Below, in pieces: positions 35,702 to 45,907 of a DNA stretch of 64,000 nucleotides. The notes under the pieces were generated by a model. The model did no database searches. It was not told where the DNA came from and saw nothing but the letters and a program-made list of their open reading frames with translations. Position 1 is the first letter of the stretch, and each line of letters starts with the position of its first letter. The stretch comes from Candidatus Latescibacterota bacterium (lineage in GTDB: Bacteria > Latescibacterota > UBA2968 > UBA8231): the NCBI GenBank assembly GCA_965242865.1, contig CBDETK010000013.1, positions 4,640,001 through 4,704,000 of the forward strand, written 5' to 3'. Both the position numbers and the translations under genes were made by a program.

Positions 35702-38700
35702 ATGTTAGATAGTTTCCATAAGTCGTTGAAAAACAACAAGTTACCCCCCCCCCCCCCCCCGAAAATTCGGTCCCGAGTTTCGGCATCCGACAGCGTCCAG
35801 AAAATGAGGTGGCGTTGTGCTGTCAGTCTGGTGTTCGCGCTGCTCGTCGGCGCGGAGAACCTCTACGCGCAGACCACACCCGCGTTGGTGTTGCCGCGAC
35901 GTATTGGCGGCCTCAATGAACCCTCGGATACTCCTAGTATTATTACCTCTAGTATTATTACCTCTCGTACCTACACCGTGGCGCTGGAGACCCAGCCGAC
36001 CGGGGAAGTCACCGTGGCGGTGGCGAGTAACGACATAACCATAGCGACCGTGTCGCCTTCGAGCTTGACCTTCACTACGACGAACTGGAGCACCGGGCAG
36101 ACAGTAACGGTGACAGCGGTGGATGACGATGTAGATAATGGTTACCAGCGGCAGACGAGGGTCACCCACATTCCGAGAGGAGGTGGTTACGATGGGGTCA
36201 CAAGCCGCCCGATATTCGTCAATGTGCTCAACGATGACACGAAGGGGATACGTGTTCGGAACGTCAATTTGGCCGTGCTCGAGAGCGGTACTATGGACAA
36301 TGAGGTGTGGTTGGACAGCGAACCGACGGGGAATGTCAAGATACGCCTCACCAGTCAGGACCCAACGCGGGTGACCATAAGTGACGAGGACACGTTGTTG
36401 ACGTTCACTCCGTCGAACTGGGACACCAAGCAGACCGTGACGCTTTCCGGGGTAGATGACACGGTGAGTAACACAGGGCAGCCGCAACGGCAAGCGACCA
36501 TCAATCTTAGAGGAAGAGGTGCGGATTACGAGGGCCTCACCAATACAATGACAGTTGACGTCGTCGATGATGAGCCTATATCGCTCGGCACACTAGACGA
36601 GGGGAGCCAGACGACATACAGTGTGACAGTGCTCATGCACGTAGGCTGGTCCGATATAGTGCTAAATCCCACGAGCTCTGACCCCGACAAGGTGAAAGTC
36701 ACACCTACTGAATTGACTTGGACCTTAGATAGATCGAGACAGGGTCAGACCATAGCTTACTCGAACCGGGGTCAGACCATTACCGTAGAGGTTTTGGAAG
36801 GCAGCGATTCCGACGATGAGTCCGTCACGATTTCGCATCCGCTCGGCATCAGTACCCCTCCTCGGTGGATCCCAATACAGGACCACTACGTCATTCTTGG
36901 ACGACGTAGTAGTGTAGGCGCCCCCGTCGTGACCGACCCCGACACGGATTTACCCTCGACGGAGCCGGGTGCCGCCGATGGCGACAGCGACGCCGCCGAC
37001 CCCGACCCCAACACCGGAGCCCCCTTTGAGAATTTGCTGCCGGCTTTTGCGGACACCGCGATGATTGGCGATCTCGTCTTTGAGGTGAATCAAGCGATTG
37101 AGCCGTTGACGCTGCCGCAGGCTATCGGCGGCGACATGGCCCGCTGATGTATGGCCTGCTCGGGCAACCTGCCAGACAGCTTGGCGTTTCACGACAATGC
37201 CTCGAGACTGGTTGCAGCGGCACTCCCACCGACCGAGACTGGCCGCGCCGAGTGCCCATGCTATATCGGGTTTGGGATATTGACAACTTTGATGCCGACA
37301 CGCTGAAGTTCACCATCACGGTCACGGCCCCGGATCTGAAAGCCGACCTTTGGCGACGCCACGATTGCCGCCCTCGTTGCGGAGGTGGATCAAGCGGTGG
37401 CTTGGCCCCTGCCGTCAGGCTACCGGTGGCGATGGTGCGCTTGCGGTATAGTCTGTCGGGTTTGCCGGAGGGTTTGGTGTTCAATGCGGCGATGGCGGCA
37501 GGTGCAGGGCGCGGCGATGGCTACCGACACGACCGATCGCCACCTACAGCGGTCACCGATGCCGATGGCGATGCGGCCACGCTGCCGTTTGCCGTGACCA
37601 TCATCTCCTCGGATCTGAAAGCCGACCTTTGGCGACACGACAATTGCCGATCTTGTCGCCGAGGTGGGTGAAATGATTGAGCCGCGTAGACATTGCCGGC
37701 GGCGACTGGCGGCTACGGTACCCGTTGACGGTATCGCCTGTCGGAACCTGCCAGACGGCTTGGCGTTCCATGCCGACACCCGCCAGTTGCGCGGCGCGGC
37801 GGTGGCTACCGACACGACCGTCGCTATCTACACGGCCACGGATGTCGAGGGCGATGCCGACACGCTGCGGTTCGCCATCGCCATTATCGACCCGGATCGA
37901 AAACCGACCTTTAGCGACACGACGCTTGCGCCGCTGATGGCGACGGCGTGCCAACCGATTGCTCGGATGCTGCCAGCGGCTGTCGGTGGCGACGCTCCGT
38001 TGCGGTATAGCCTGTCGAACCTGCCGGACTGGCTTGATGTTCCATGCGGCGCGGCGTCAGGTGCAGGGCGCGGCGACTGGCCACCGACACGACCGTCGCC
38101 ACTTACGCGGTCACCGATGCCGATGGCGATGCGGCTTCCCTGCCGTTTGCCATCTCGATAAGAGGGTTGGACGCGCCCGCTTGGGTGCAGGCGGAAAACT
38201 ATCTCGGGGCCGACCTCGCTGGCGATTGGGATGGCGCGGTGCTGCTGACGTGGGCACTGCCGAGCCAACACGCCTTTGTCGAAGCCTACCGCATTTACCG
38301 CGAGGTGGAGATAACCCACAGCCCGGATGCAAGCGGCCGAGTGGTCGCGCTCGACGCCCCCCGCGGTGAGTTCATTCCGTGGGCGCGGGTCGATGCGGTG
38401 CCGGGCGTTTCGGTGGGGCGTACCATCGTGCAGACGCTGGATTTTAAGGCGACCCGCTGGGCGGTCGCCGCCGAGTGCGGCGGCCAACGCGCCTGCCTGC
38501 GGGTAACGGGCGATCCCGAATCGGGCTGTGGGGTTGGCTGTCCCCGGGACGCTCCCGCTTGGGTCCGTGCGGAAGATTACCGCGGGGCCGATCACGCGGG
38601 CGATTTGCGCGGCGCGGTGCTGCTGACGTGGGCGTTGCCGCGGGAACACGCCTTTGTTGAAGCGTACCACATTTACCGCGAAGTGCAGATAAGCCACGGC

Positions 38701-39351
38701 CCGGATGCAAGCGGCCGGGTGGTCGCGCTGGCCGAACCTCGCGACGAGTTCATCCCGTGGGTGCGGGTGGATGCGGTGCCGGGCGTTTCGCTCGGCAGCA
38801 CCATCGTGCATACGCTGGATTACCGGGCGACGCGCTGGGCGGTAGCGGCCGAGTGCGCTGGCCAGCGCACCTACTTGCGGATCACGTCGAATCAGGCGGG
38901 CGGCACGAGTGAAGCGGTCCGGGCCAAAGCCGCGGCTCCGCAGGCACCGGTCGCCCTGCTGCCGGAAGCATTCGCCTTTGTTCAGCAGGGCACCGCCCCG
39001 CAGCAGAACAGCCCAGCCGCGCCGGTCGTGCAATCGGCGAGGACGGCGACCGAAGGGCGCGTCGGCTCCAGTGTTCCCAACACCCCGGTCGCGTTTGCTC
39101 TCGGCCCCAACTACCCCAACCCGTTCAACCCGGCTACGACGATTCAGTACGCGCTGCCGCACGCCGCCGAGGTGCAGTTGACCATTCACAATGTCTTGGG
39201 GCAGGTTCTCCACACCCTCGTCGCCGAGTATCAGCCAGCAGGTCGCTACGCTGTCCGCTGGGACGGACGCGACTTGGCGGCGGGGATGTACTTTTACCGG
39301 CTGCAAGCAGGCCCGGTCACTCGGGTCGGGAAGATGATCTTGCTCAAGTAG
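35702..39351 (+). pseudogene. Frameshifted Ig-repeat surface protein with T9SS-like tail, paralog of 30730..33156 (frameshifts may be sequencing errors)
   Basis: Intact 5' part (signal ..ENLYAQ, SSLTFTTTNW/LTFTPSNW cadherin/Calx-like domains) and 3' part (..NYPNPFNP..KMILLK); the Ig repeats at ~37135-38100 switch frame repeatedly. Confidence 0.75.
35744..35760. repeat. C17 homopolymer tract
   Basis: TTA followed by 17 C; in frame encodes the poly-Pro of LPPPPPPK. Confidence 0.9.
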
Positions 39352-39485
39352 GACCGCGCCGCCTAGCCGGACAGCGTTCATCGGGCGAGGGCGATTGAAG
39401 GGCCTTGGCCCTTTGCGTACATTAGCCTCTTTCGCCGCCTAGCGGCTGGTATTTTTCTCAATTTCATCAACCCAAGGAGGGTATA

Positions 39486-39935
39486 ATGATCAAGCGTTTG
39501 CGGGGAAGTTTTCCCCTAGTCTTTTTCGGCCTGTTTCTCTTGGCCGGCTGTTATCATGCTACCGTTGATATGGGGCTTGCCCCGGGTAAGACGGTGACAA
39601 TGTGGAAGCATAGCTTTGTATATGGCCTCGTGCCGCTGGAGGTCGTTGAAGCCCAAAGCGTGTGCGCCAATGGCGTAGCCAAGGTTGAGACGCAGCATAC
39701 TTTTGTTAATGGCCTCGTGAATGCTTTGACCCTTGGCATATACGCGCCCATGACGGTAATGGTGACGTGTGCGGCCGACGACATGTCCTCGGCCGCGGTG
39801 GATTCCGCATCGGTTGTCACCGTGTCCTATCATTCGGATTACGAAGCGATCCTGGATGCCTTTGGCGAAGCTGCCGACAAGGCGGTAGCGGCCGAGCAGC
39901 CCGCGTACGTGCAGTTCAAGCGCGACTCGCTGTAA
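39486..39935 (+). CDS. Bor/Iss-family lipoprotein
   Basis: LAGC lipobox; SFVYGLV..VCANGVAKVETQHTFVNG..LTLGIYAP..VTC; AAGGAGG SD. Confidence 0.8.
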   Translation: MIKRLRGSFPLVFFGLFLLAGCYHATVDMGLAPGKTVTMWKHSFVYGLVPLEVVEAQSVCANGVAKVETQHTFVNGLVNALTLGIYAPMTVMVTCAADDMSSAAVDSASVVTVSYHSDYEAILDAFGEAADKAVAAEQPAYVQFKRDSL

Positions 39936-39941
39936 CAACAA

Positions 39942-39983
39942 CCGGCCTCTGCGTTGCGATATGTGACGCAGAGGCCGGCCTTT
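39942..39983 (+). terminator. Probable intrinsic terminator
   Basis: CCGGCCTCTGCGT...ACGCAGAGGCCGG 13-bp stem right after the stop, short T tract. Confidence 0.65.
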
Positions 39984-40057
39984 AGAAGCGTTCTTAAAAC
40001 TAGGGTTTCCGTCTCAAAAAAGGTCGAGGTGCGCCTGACCACTAAAAAATGGCGTAA

Positions 40058-42034
40058 ATGAAGTGTTCCGCATTCAAGCGCATCGCCTGGTGGGGGCGCG
40101 ACCCCTTCGCGCTACTCATCGTCCTCCTCGCCGGGCTGGGCACCGCCCACATCCTCGTCCGCACCGCCACCTACGGCGCGGCCCTCACCGTGGACTCCAT
40201 AACTTTTCTGTCCACGGCCACGAACTTCCTCGCGGGAGAGGGCTGGCGGGATGTCAGGGGCAACCCGCTGGTGGGATGGCCGCCGTTGTTTCCCTTGCTG
40301 ATAGCGGCCTTAGGTTGGGTCGGCATCGACTTGGTGGAGGCCGGACGGTGGGTCAACGCCGCGGCCTTCGGGCTGACCATCCTCGCCGCGGGCGACTGGC
40401 TGCGCTCGAATCTCCGGGCACAGTGGCTGGTGCTGACCGCCACCGGGGCCATCGCGGCGTCCCTGCCCCTCACCCATTTCGCGTCCTACTGCATCACCGA
40501 GCCGCTCTTCGTCTTGTTGACGCTCCTCGCCTTGATCCAGTTGGCATCCTCCCGCAACCGGCGGACGGACGCACCCCTGTGGTGGGCAGCGGTTCTTACC
40601 GCGCTGGCCGTGCTGACCCACTATCTGGGCGCGGTGCTGATCGGCGCCGGCGTCCTCCTGCTGCGACCCCTCGCCCGGCCTAAGCACACCCTCGTCTTTG
40701 GCGCGGTCTCGTCCCTGCCCTTGTTGGCGGTATTGGCGGTCAATTGGGCGGTCTCCGAAACCTTGGCTGGCGACCGAACAGCACCGTCGGGGCAGTCCCT
40801 ATTCGAGAGGCTGCGCCAGACCGTCGAGGTGTTCCGCGAGTGGGTCGTCCCCCCGCACGCGCCGGATGGGTTGGCGTATCTGCTATGGCTGGCGGTCGGG
40901 TTCGTCGTCCTCGCTGGCGCGGTGGTCGTCTTGCGCGGTCGCCGACTGGGCCCAGCGGCCACGCCGGCGCAAAGCCGCTTGGGACCGGCGTTCCCTTTCG
41001 CGGTGTTCGCGTTGATCTACCTCGGATTCATGGTCGTCGTCGTGCCCTTCACGGTTGCTCAGGACATCGACAGCCGCTACCTGCTGCCGGTGTACCTGCC
41101 GCTGCTGTTGACGACGGTGTTGCTGCTGGATCGGTTCCTGTCTATCGATCGCGCCGGGGCGGCCCCTGTGCCGCGCATACGGAATCGGTTCCGTGCGGCG
41201 GGACGGGGCCGCGCCGCCTACGGGCTGGCGGCCCTCGTCCTGCTGGCGACCCTCGTCCACGTCGGCTACTCGGCGCGAGAAAATCTTCGTCTCACCGCCC
41301 GAGCGTATGCTGTCGGGTACAAAGACCGGACGTACAACGCCGCCCATTGGCGACGCTCCGAAACCTTGCAGTACCTCCGGGACCACCCTATAGAGGGCAG
41401 GATTTACAGCAACCACGCCGCCCTTGCTTGGTTTGCAGACCGGACCGCGGCCCCGGGCAAGTACCAAGATTTCCCGCCCGAGAGGCAGTGGACCGAGGTC
41501 GGCACTGGCGCGCATATCGTTTGGTTTGAGGGGGTCCATGCGGGCGATCGCTCCGGCGACGACCTCGACCTCCGTCTCCTGCCCGGCGTGGAAACCGTGG
41601 CCGAACTGGCCGATGGCGTGGTATTCCGCGTAACGGGCGCCGGACCGTTCCAGAAGGGACGCTACATGGAGCTGGAGGAACTCGTCAGACAGGCCACACA
41701 GGCTGGCGAGCAGGTGGTCCGCTCTGGCTGGGACGTGTACCGCAATGGACGCTGGTTGACGTACCTCAAGCAGCCGTGCGCTCCGGCGGACGCGCAGGCG
41801 AAGTTCGTCTTGCACGTCATCCCGGTCGATTTGGCCGACCTGCCAGCCGACCGCAAACAATACGGTTTTGATAATCTCGACTTCTACTTCAACCGGCGCG
41901 GCGTCCTGCTCGGCGACCAGTGCATCGCGCTCGTCCGTCTCCCGGACTACGCCATCGACCACGTCCGAGTCGGCCAGTGGATTGCCGAGGAGAACCAGCA
42001 CCTCTGGGGCGCAGAGTTTTTCCCGGACCAGTGA
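40058..42034 (+). CDS. GT-C-like membrane glycosyltransferase with C-terminal soluble domain
   Basis: TVDSITF, WPPLFPLL, TEPLF, RYLLP motifs; many TM helices. Confidence 0.7.
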   Translation: MKCSAFKRIAWWGRDPFALLIVLLAGLGTAHILVRTATYGAALTVDSITFLSTATNFLAGEGWRDVRGNPLVGWPPLFPLLIAALGWVGIDLVEAGRWVNAAAFGLTILAAGDWLRSNLRAQWLVLTATGAIAASLPLTHFASYCITEPLFVLLTLLALIQLASSRNRRTDAPLWWAAVLTALAVLTHYLGAVLIGAGVLLLRPLARPKHTLVFGAVSSLPLLAVLAVNWAVSETLAGDRTAPSGQSLFERLRQTVEVFREWVVPPHAPDGLAYLLWLAVGFVVLAGAVVVLRGRRLGPAATPAQSRLGPAFPFAVFALIYLGFMVVVVPFTVAQDIDSRYLLPVYLPLLLTTVLLLDRFLSIDRAGAAPVPRIRNRFRAAGRGRAAYGLAALVLLATLVHVGYSARENLRLTARAYAVGYKDRTYNAAHWRRSETLQYLRDHPIEGRIYSNHAALAWFADRTAAPGKYQDFPPERQWTEVGTGAHIVWFEGVHAGDRSGDDLDLRLLPGVETVAELADGVVFRVTGAGPFQKGRYMELEELVRQATQAGEQVVRSGWDVYRNGRWLTYLKQPCAPADAQAKFVLHVIPVDLADLPADRKQYGFDNLDFYFNRRGVLLGDQCIALVRLPDYAIDHVRVGQWIAEENQHLWGAEFFPDQ

Positions 42035-42038
42035 TGGG

Positions 42039-42890
42039 CTAGGCGTACAGCCCGAATACGCTGGCCCCCAACCAGAGCAGGGCATTGATCTGCAAGGGCC
42101 GGTCGCGCCAGACGACGGCCGTTGGGTCGTCCCCCAGCCCCCGGTGGTACACTAGATAGAGATAGCGCAACACGCCGTAGAGCACGAAAGGGATCGTCCA
42201 CTGCATTTGCCCGCCCTCCCCCATCGCGTAGAGCGCGTAGCAGACTATGGTCACGGCCGTGAGGATGGCGATCATCTGGTCGAGGAAAGGGGTGCTGTAT
42301 TCGTCGAGGATGGCGCGGTGATCGGCGGCCCCATCCAGCAGTTGTACCATCTCCTGCCGGCGCTTGATCGTAACCACGAAGAGCACCAGGGCGAAGATGC
42401 AGATGATAAACCAAGTGGAAATAGGCACCTCAATGACCAAGCCGCCGCCGACTGCGCGCAGCAGGTAACACGCGGCCACGATTAGTACATCCACCAACAC
42501 CACGTGCTTGAGCCGGAGCGAGTACGCCGCGTTGAGCAGAGCGTAGCAGGCGGCAACCCCCCCCAAATGAGGGTGGAGCCAAAAAGCACCGGCCAACGCC
42601 AAGGTCAACGCGCCCAAAGCCGCCGCCCCGGCCCCGGCGACCGAGAGGCGACCGGCGGCAATTGGCCGGTGGCGTTTTTGGGGATGCTGGCGGTCGCACT
42701 GGCGGTCGAAGATGTCGTTGAAGAGATAGACGCCTCCGCTCAGCAGGACGAAGCAGAGGGCCGCCCCGGTGCTGCGTAGCAGGTAGGGAATTTCAAAGAG
42801 GTGTTCGGAAAAGACGAGGGCGGGAAAGACGAAGGCATTCTTGATCCACTGCCGGGGGCGCATGGACCACAGGATGTAGTAGAGCGACAA
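42039..42890 (-). CDS. Decaprenyl-phosphate phosphoribosyltransferase (UbiA family)
   Basis: MRPRQWIKN, YLFNDIFD..DRQHPQKRHRPIAAG, YSLRLKH, KRRQE. Confidence 0.88.
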   Translation of the reverse strand: MSLYYILWSMRPRQWIKNAFVFPALVFSEHLFEIPYLLRSTGAALCFVLLSGGVYLFNDIFDRQCDRQHPQKRHRPIAAGRLSVAGAGAAALGALTLALAGAFWLHPHLGGVAACYALLNAAYSLRLKHVVLVDVLIVAACYLLRAVGGGLVIEVPISTWFIICIFALVLFVVTIKRRQEMVQLLDGAADHRAILDEYSTPFLDQMIAILTAVTIVCYALYAMGEGGQMQWTIPFVLYGVLRYLYLVYHRGLGDDPTAVVWRDRPLQINALLWLGASVFGLYA

Positions 42891-42930
42891 AACAGGGCTA
42901 TGCTTCTACACGACCGGAGAGCAGAGGCCA

Positions 42931-43491
42931 TCAGACCTCCATGATCTCCTTTTCTTTGGTGTCGATGATCCCGTCGATGGAGGCTACGTATTCAGCGGTC
43001 AACTCCTGCACCCTTTTCTGCGCGCTGCGCGATTCGTCTTCAGAGATCTCCCCGTCCTTTTGGGCTTGCTGGAGCAGGTCTATCCCGTCGCGCCGCGCAT
43101 GCCGCACCGCGACTCGCCCTTCCTCGGCTCGGTGCCGGGCGACTTTGGTGATTTCCACCCGCCGCTCCTCGGTCAGTTCGGGAATGGGCAGCCGGATGAT
43201 GGCGCCGTCGTTGGCCGGGTTGAGGCCCAAGCTCTTGTCGGCGAGAATGGCCCTTTCAATCACAGGAATCAAGGCCGCCTCCCAAGGCTTGATCGCCAAC
43301 AAGCGCGGCTCGGGGACGCTGATCGTCGCCACCTGATTGAGCGGCGTCTGTTGGCCGTAGTAATCCACCCGCACATTGTCGAGCATGGCGACTGAGGCTC
43401 GCCCCGTGCGGATAGAGGCCAAGTCGCGGCGCAGGGACTCAATGGCCTTGTCCATTGCCTCTTTTACTGTCTCAAGGACCTCTTCGAGCAT
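42931..43491 (-). CDS. frr: Ribosome recycling factor
   Basis: IRTGRAS, VDYYG..TPLNQVA, LTEERR. Confidence 0.97.
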   Translation of the reverse strand: MLEEVLETVKEAMDKAIESLRRDLASIRTGRASVAMLDNVRVDYYGQQTPLNQVATISVPEPRLLAIKPWEAALIPVIERAILADKSLGLNPANDGAIIRLPIPELTEERRVEITKVARHRAEEGRVAVRHARRDGIDLLQQAQKDGEISEDESRSAQKRVQELTAEYVASIDGIIDTKEKEIMEV

Positions 43492-43502
43492 GGCGGCCTC
43501 GT

Positions 43503-44105
43503 TCAGGCGTCTTCGCCCAAGACGAACCGCTCAAAGCGCCGCACGGTAATTTTTTCGCCGATTTTGGCGGTTATCTCGGAGATTAGTTCGCCGATGGTCT
43601 GGTCGGGGTTTTTGACGAAGACCTGTTCCATTAGGCAGTTTTCCTGATAGAACTTCTCCAGCCGGCCCTCGACGATTTTCGCGGCAATGTGCTCGGGCTT
43701 GCCCTCGTTTTTGGCCTGTTCGAGGTAGATAGCCCGCTCTCTTGCCACGGCGTCGGCCGCAATGCCCTCCCGATCGACCGCCAACGGCTGGGAGGCAGCA
43801 ATGTGCATGGCCACGTCCTTGGCGAACCCTTGGAAGTCGTCGGTGCGCGCGACGAAGTCGGTTTCGCAGTTGACCTCTAACAGCACGCCGAGGCGGCTGC
43901 CTTGGTGAATATACGCTTGGATCAGGCCCTCGCTGGCGTCGCGGCCGGCCCGCTTCTCCACGGCGGACAAGCCCTGCTTGCGCAAGTACTCAATGGCCTT
44001 TTCGCTGTCGCCGCCGGTCTCTTGCAGGGCCTTCTTGCAATCCATCATGCCCAAGCCCGTCTTTTGCCGGAGCATTCGGACGCTTTGTGCGGTAATCTGA
44101 GTCAT
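43503..44105 (-). CDS. tsf: Elongation factor Ts (short form)
   Basis: LRQKTGLGMMDCKKAL, EVNCETDFVAR. Confidence 0.97.
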   Translation of the reverse strand: MTQITAQSVRMLRQKTGLGMMDCKKALQETGGDSEKAIEYLRKQGLSAVEKRAGRDASEGLIQAYIHQGSRLGVLLEVNCETDFVARTDDFQGFAKDVAMHIAASQPLAVDREGIAADAVARERAIYLEQAKNEGKPEHIAAKIVEGRLEKFYQENCLMEQVFVKNPDQTIGELISEITAKIGEKITVRRFERFVLGEDA

Positions 44106-44127
44106 CGTCGTTTGCTTTCAAAAAGGT

Positions 44128-44886
44128 CTAGGCCATGGCCACGGCCACGGCCGGGGTCTCTTCGGCCTCTCGCTTGTCGTCGCGGGCGGCCTTCTCGGCC
44201 TCGGCTTCGGCCCGGCCCTCGATCACCGCGTCGGCGATGAGGCGCGTGATCAGGCCGATCGAGCGGATGGCATCGTCGTTGCCCGGGATTGGATAGGTCA
44301 CTAAGTCGGGGTCGCAGTTGGTATCGACGATGGCCACCGAAGGAATGCCCAGTTTGGCCGTCTCGCGCACGGCGATGTGCTCCTTCTTGATGTCGATGAT
44401 AAAGACCAAGCCGGGCAGGCCGCCCATGTTGCGGATGCCGGCCAAGGTCCGCTGGAGCCGGGTGCGCTCTTTTTCGAGCAGCAGGACCTCTTTTTTCTTG
44501 AGGTTTTCGTACGTCCCGTCGCCCGAGATGCGGTCGAGATGCTCTAGGTGGCGGATGCTTTGGCGGATGGTCTGCCAGTTGGTCAGCATCCCGCCGAGCC
44601 AGCGCTCGGTGGCGTGAAACATGCCGCAGCGCTCGGCCTCCTGCCGCACGAGATCTGCCGCCTGCTTCTTCGTGCCGACAAAGAACACGGCGCGGCCGGC
44701 GCGGGCCGTCTGGCGCACGGCTTGGCAAGCGGCTTCAACCTTGCCGACCGTCTTTTGCAGGTCGATGATGTGAATGCCGTTGCGCTCGGTGAAGATGTAG
44801 GGCCGCATTTTGGGATTCCAGCGCCGAGTTTGGTGCCCGAAGTGGGTCCCGGCTTCCAGCAAATCGCGGATGGTAAAATCGGCCAT
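44128..44886 (-). CDS. rpsB: 30S ribosomal protein S2
   Basis: [28 protein letters not shown]; AGGAG SD. Confidence 0.97.
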   Translation of the reverse strand: MADFTIRDLLEAGTHFGHQTRRWNPKMRPYIFTERNGIHIIDLQKTVGKVEAACQAVRQTARAGRAVFFVGTKKQAADLVRQEAERCGMFHATERWLGGMLTNWQTIRQSIRHLEHLDRISGDGTYENLKKKEVLLLEKERTRLQRTLAGIRNMGGLPGLVFIIDIKKEHIAVRETAKLGIPSVAIVDTNCDPDLVTYPIPGNDDAIRSIGLITRLIADAVIEGRAEAEAEKAARDDKREAEETPAVAVAMA

Positions 44887-44899
44887 TGTCGCTCCTAAC

Positions 44900-45000
44900 G
44901 GTGAGTTGGGCCTCCGCCTCCGTCGCCTACACACAGAAGACCCGCAGCCGCCGAACGCCTGCGGGACACTCTCTGCTGTGCATCGGGAAGCGTGTGTATT
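44900..45000 (-). ncRNA. Putative rpsB leader (S2 autogenous-control structure)
   Basis: Minus strand ACACACG...internal hairpin CCCGCAG/CTGCGGG...GTGTGT...GGAGGCCCAAC, resembling known rpsB 5' leaders. Confidence 0.5.
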
Positions 45001-45009
45001 GGAATGGGA

Positions 45010-45402
45010 CTAGCGCTTGGAAAATTGGAAGCGCTTGCGCGCCCCGGCCAATCCGTACTTTTTGCGCTCTTTCTCGCGGGCATCGCGCGTCAAAAAGCCG
45101 CCCTTCTTCAGCACTTCCCGCTTCTGCGGGTCGTACTGAACCAAGGCGCGGGCAATGCCCAAACAGGCGGCCCCGGCTTGGCCGCGCAGGCCGCCGCCCC
45201 GGGTGGAAATGTGAATGTCAAACGTATGGCGCGTCTCAGTCAGATCCAGCGGCTGCACCAAGATCATTTCTAGAGAGTCCCGACGCAGGTATTCGCCGAC
45301 CACACGGCCGTTCATGTAAATAGTGCCATCGCCGAGCTGCATCCGCACTCGGGCCACTGAGGTCTTTCGGCGGCCGGTCGCTTCGTAGCTTTCTAAGGGC
45401 AT
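45010..45402 (-). CDS. rpsI: 30S ribosomal protein S9
   Basis: TGRRKTSVARV..ERKKYGLAGARKRFQFSKR. Confidence 0.97.
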   Translation of the reverse strand: MPLESYEATGRRKTSVARVRMQLGDGTIYMNGRVVGEYLRRDSLEMILVQPLDLTETRHTFDIHISTRGGGLRGQAGAACLGIARALVQYDPQKREVLKKGGFLTRDAREKERKKYGLAGARKRFQFSKR

Positions 45403-45420
45403 AAACGCGTGGCCTTTGGC

Positions 45421-45855
45421 TTAAAGTTCGAGAGGCTGGGGGTTTTGCGCTTGATGCCGGTGTTGGCCGCCGACATAGACGCGGAGCTTCTTTAGCTGCA
45501 TCCGGCCCAACTTGGTGTGCGGCAGCATGCCCCGCACGGCCCTGCGAATGATCCGATCGGGATGCCGCTCGGCCATGCGGCTGTAGGGCGTGACCCGCAA
45601 GCCACCTGGATAGCCGGTGTGGCGGTAATAGACCTTCTTGGCGGCCTTGTCGCCCGTGACCCGCACCTTATCGGCGTGAATCACGATGACGTGGTCGCCT
45701 ATATCGACGTGCGGGGCGTATTCGGGCTTGCCCTTGCCGCGCAGCACTTGGGCGATTTCCGAAGCCAGCCGCCCCAGCACCTTGTCTGTGGCATCGACCA
45801 CAAACCACTGCCGCTCAATTTCGCCCGCTTTTGGGGCGTAGGTAATGTCGTTCAT
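45421..45855 (-). CDS. rplM: 50S ribosomal protein L13
   Basis: [30 protein letters not shown]. Confidence 0.97.
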   Translation of the reverse strand: MNDITYAPKAGEIERQWFVVDATDKVLGRLASEIAQVLRGKGKPEYAPHVDIGDHVIVIHADKVRVTGDKAAKKVYYRHTGYPGGLRVTPYSRMAERHPDRIIRRAVRGMLPHTKLGRMQLKKLRVYVGGQHRHQAQNPQPLEL

Positions 45856-45907
45856 CGGCTTTTCTTCGGCTTTTCTTTGGATTATTCAGATTATATAGAA
45901 GTTGTTT

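Noticed and set aside
30730-39351. Diversity-generating retroelement or shufflon
   Set aside because: No reverse transcriptase, adenine-specific TR/VR pair or site-specific recombinase is visible in the window.
37828-39381. 517-aa minus-strand ORF
   Set aside because: Antisense shadow of the Ig-repeat gene's 3' half; no motifs.
39983-40050. IS-end-like sequence TAGAAGCGTTCTTAAAAC (a similar one at ~27698-27718)
   Set aside because: No matching partner IR or transposase found; too weak to call.
40883-42085. 400-aa minus-strand ORF
   Set aside because: Antisense to the GT-C gene; no recognisable domain.
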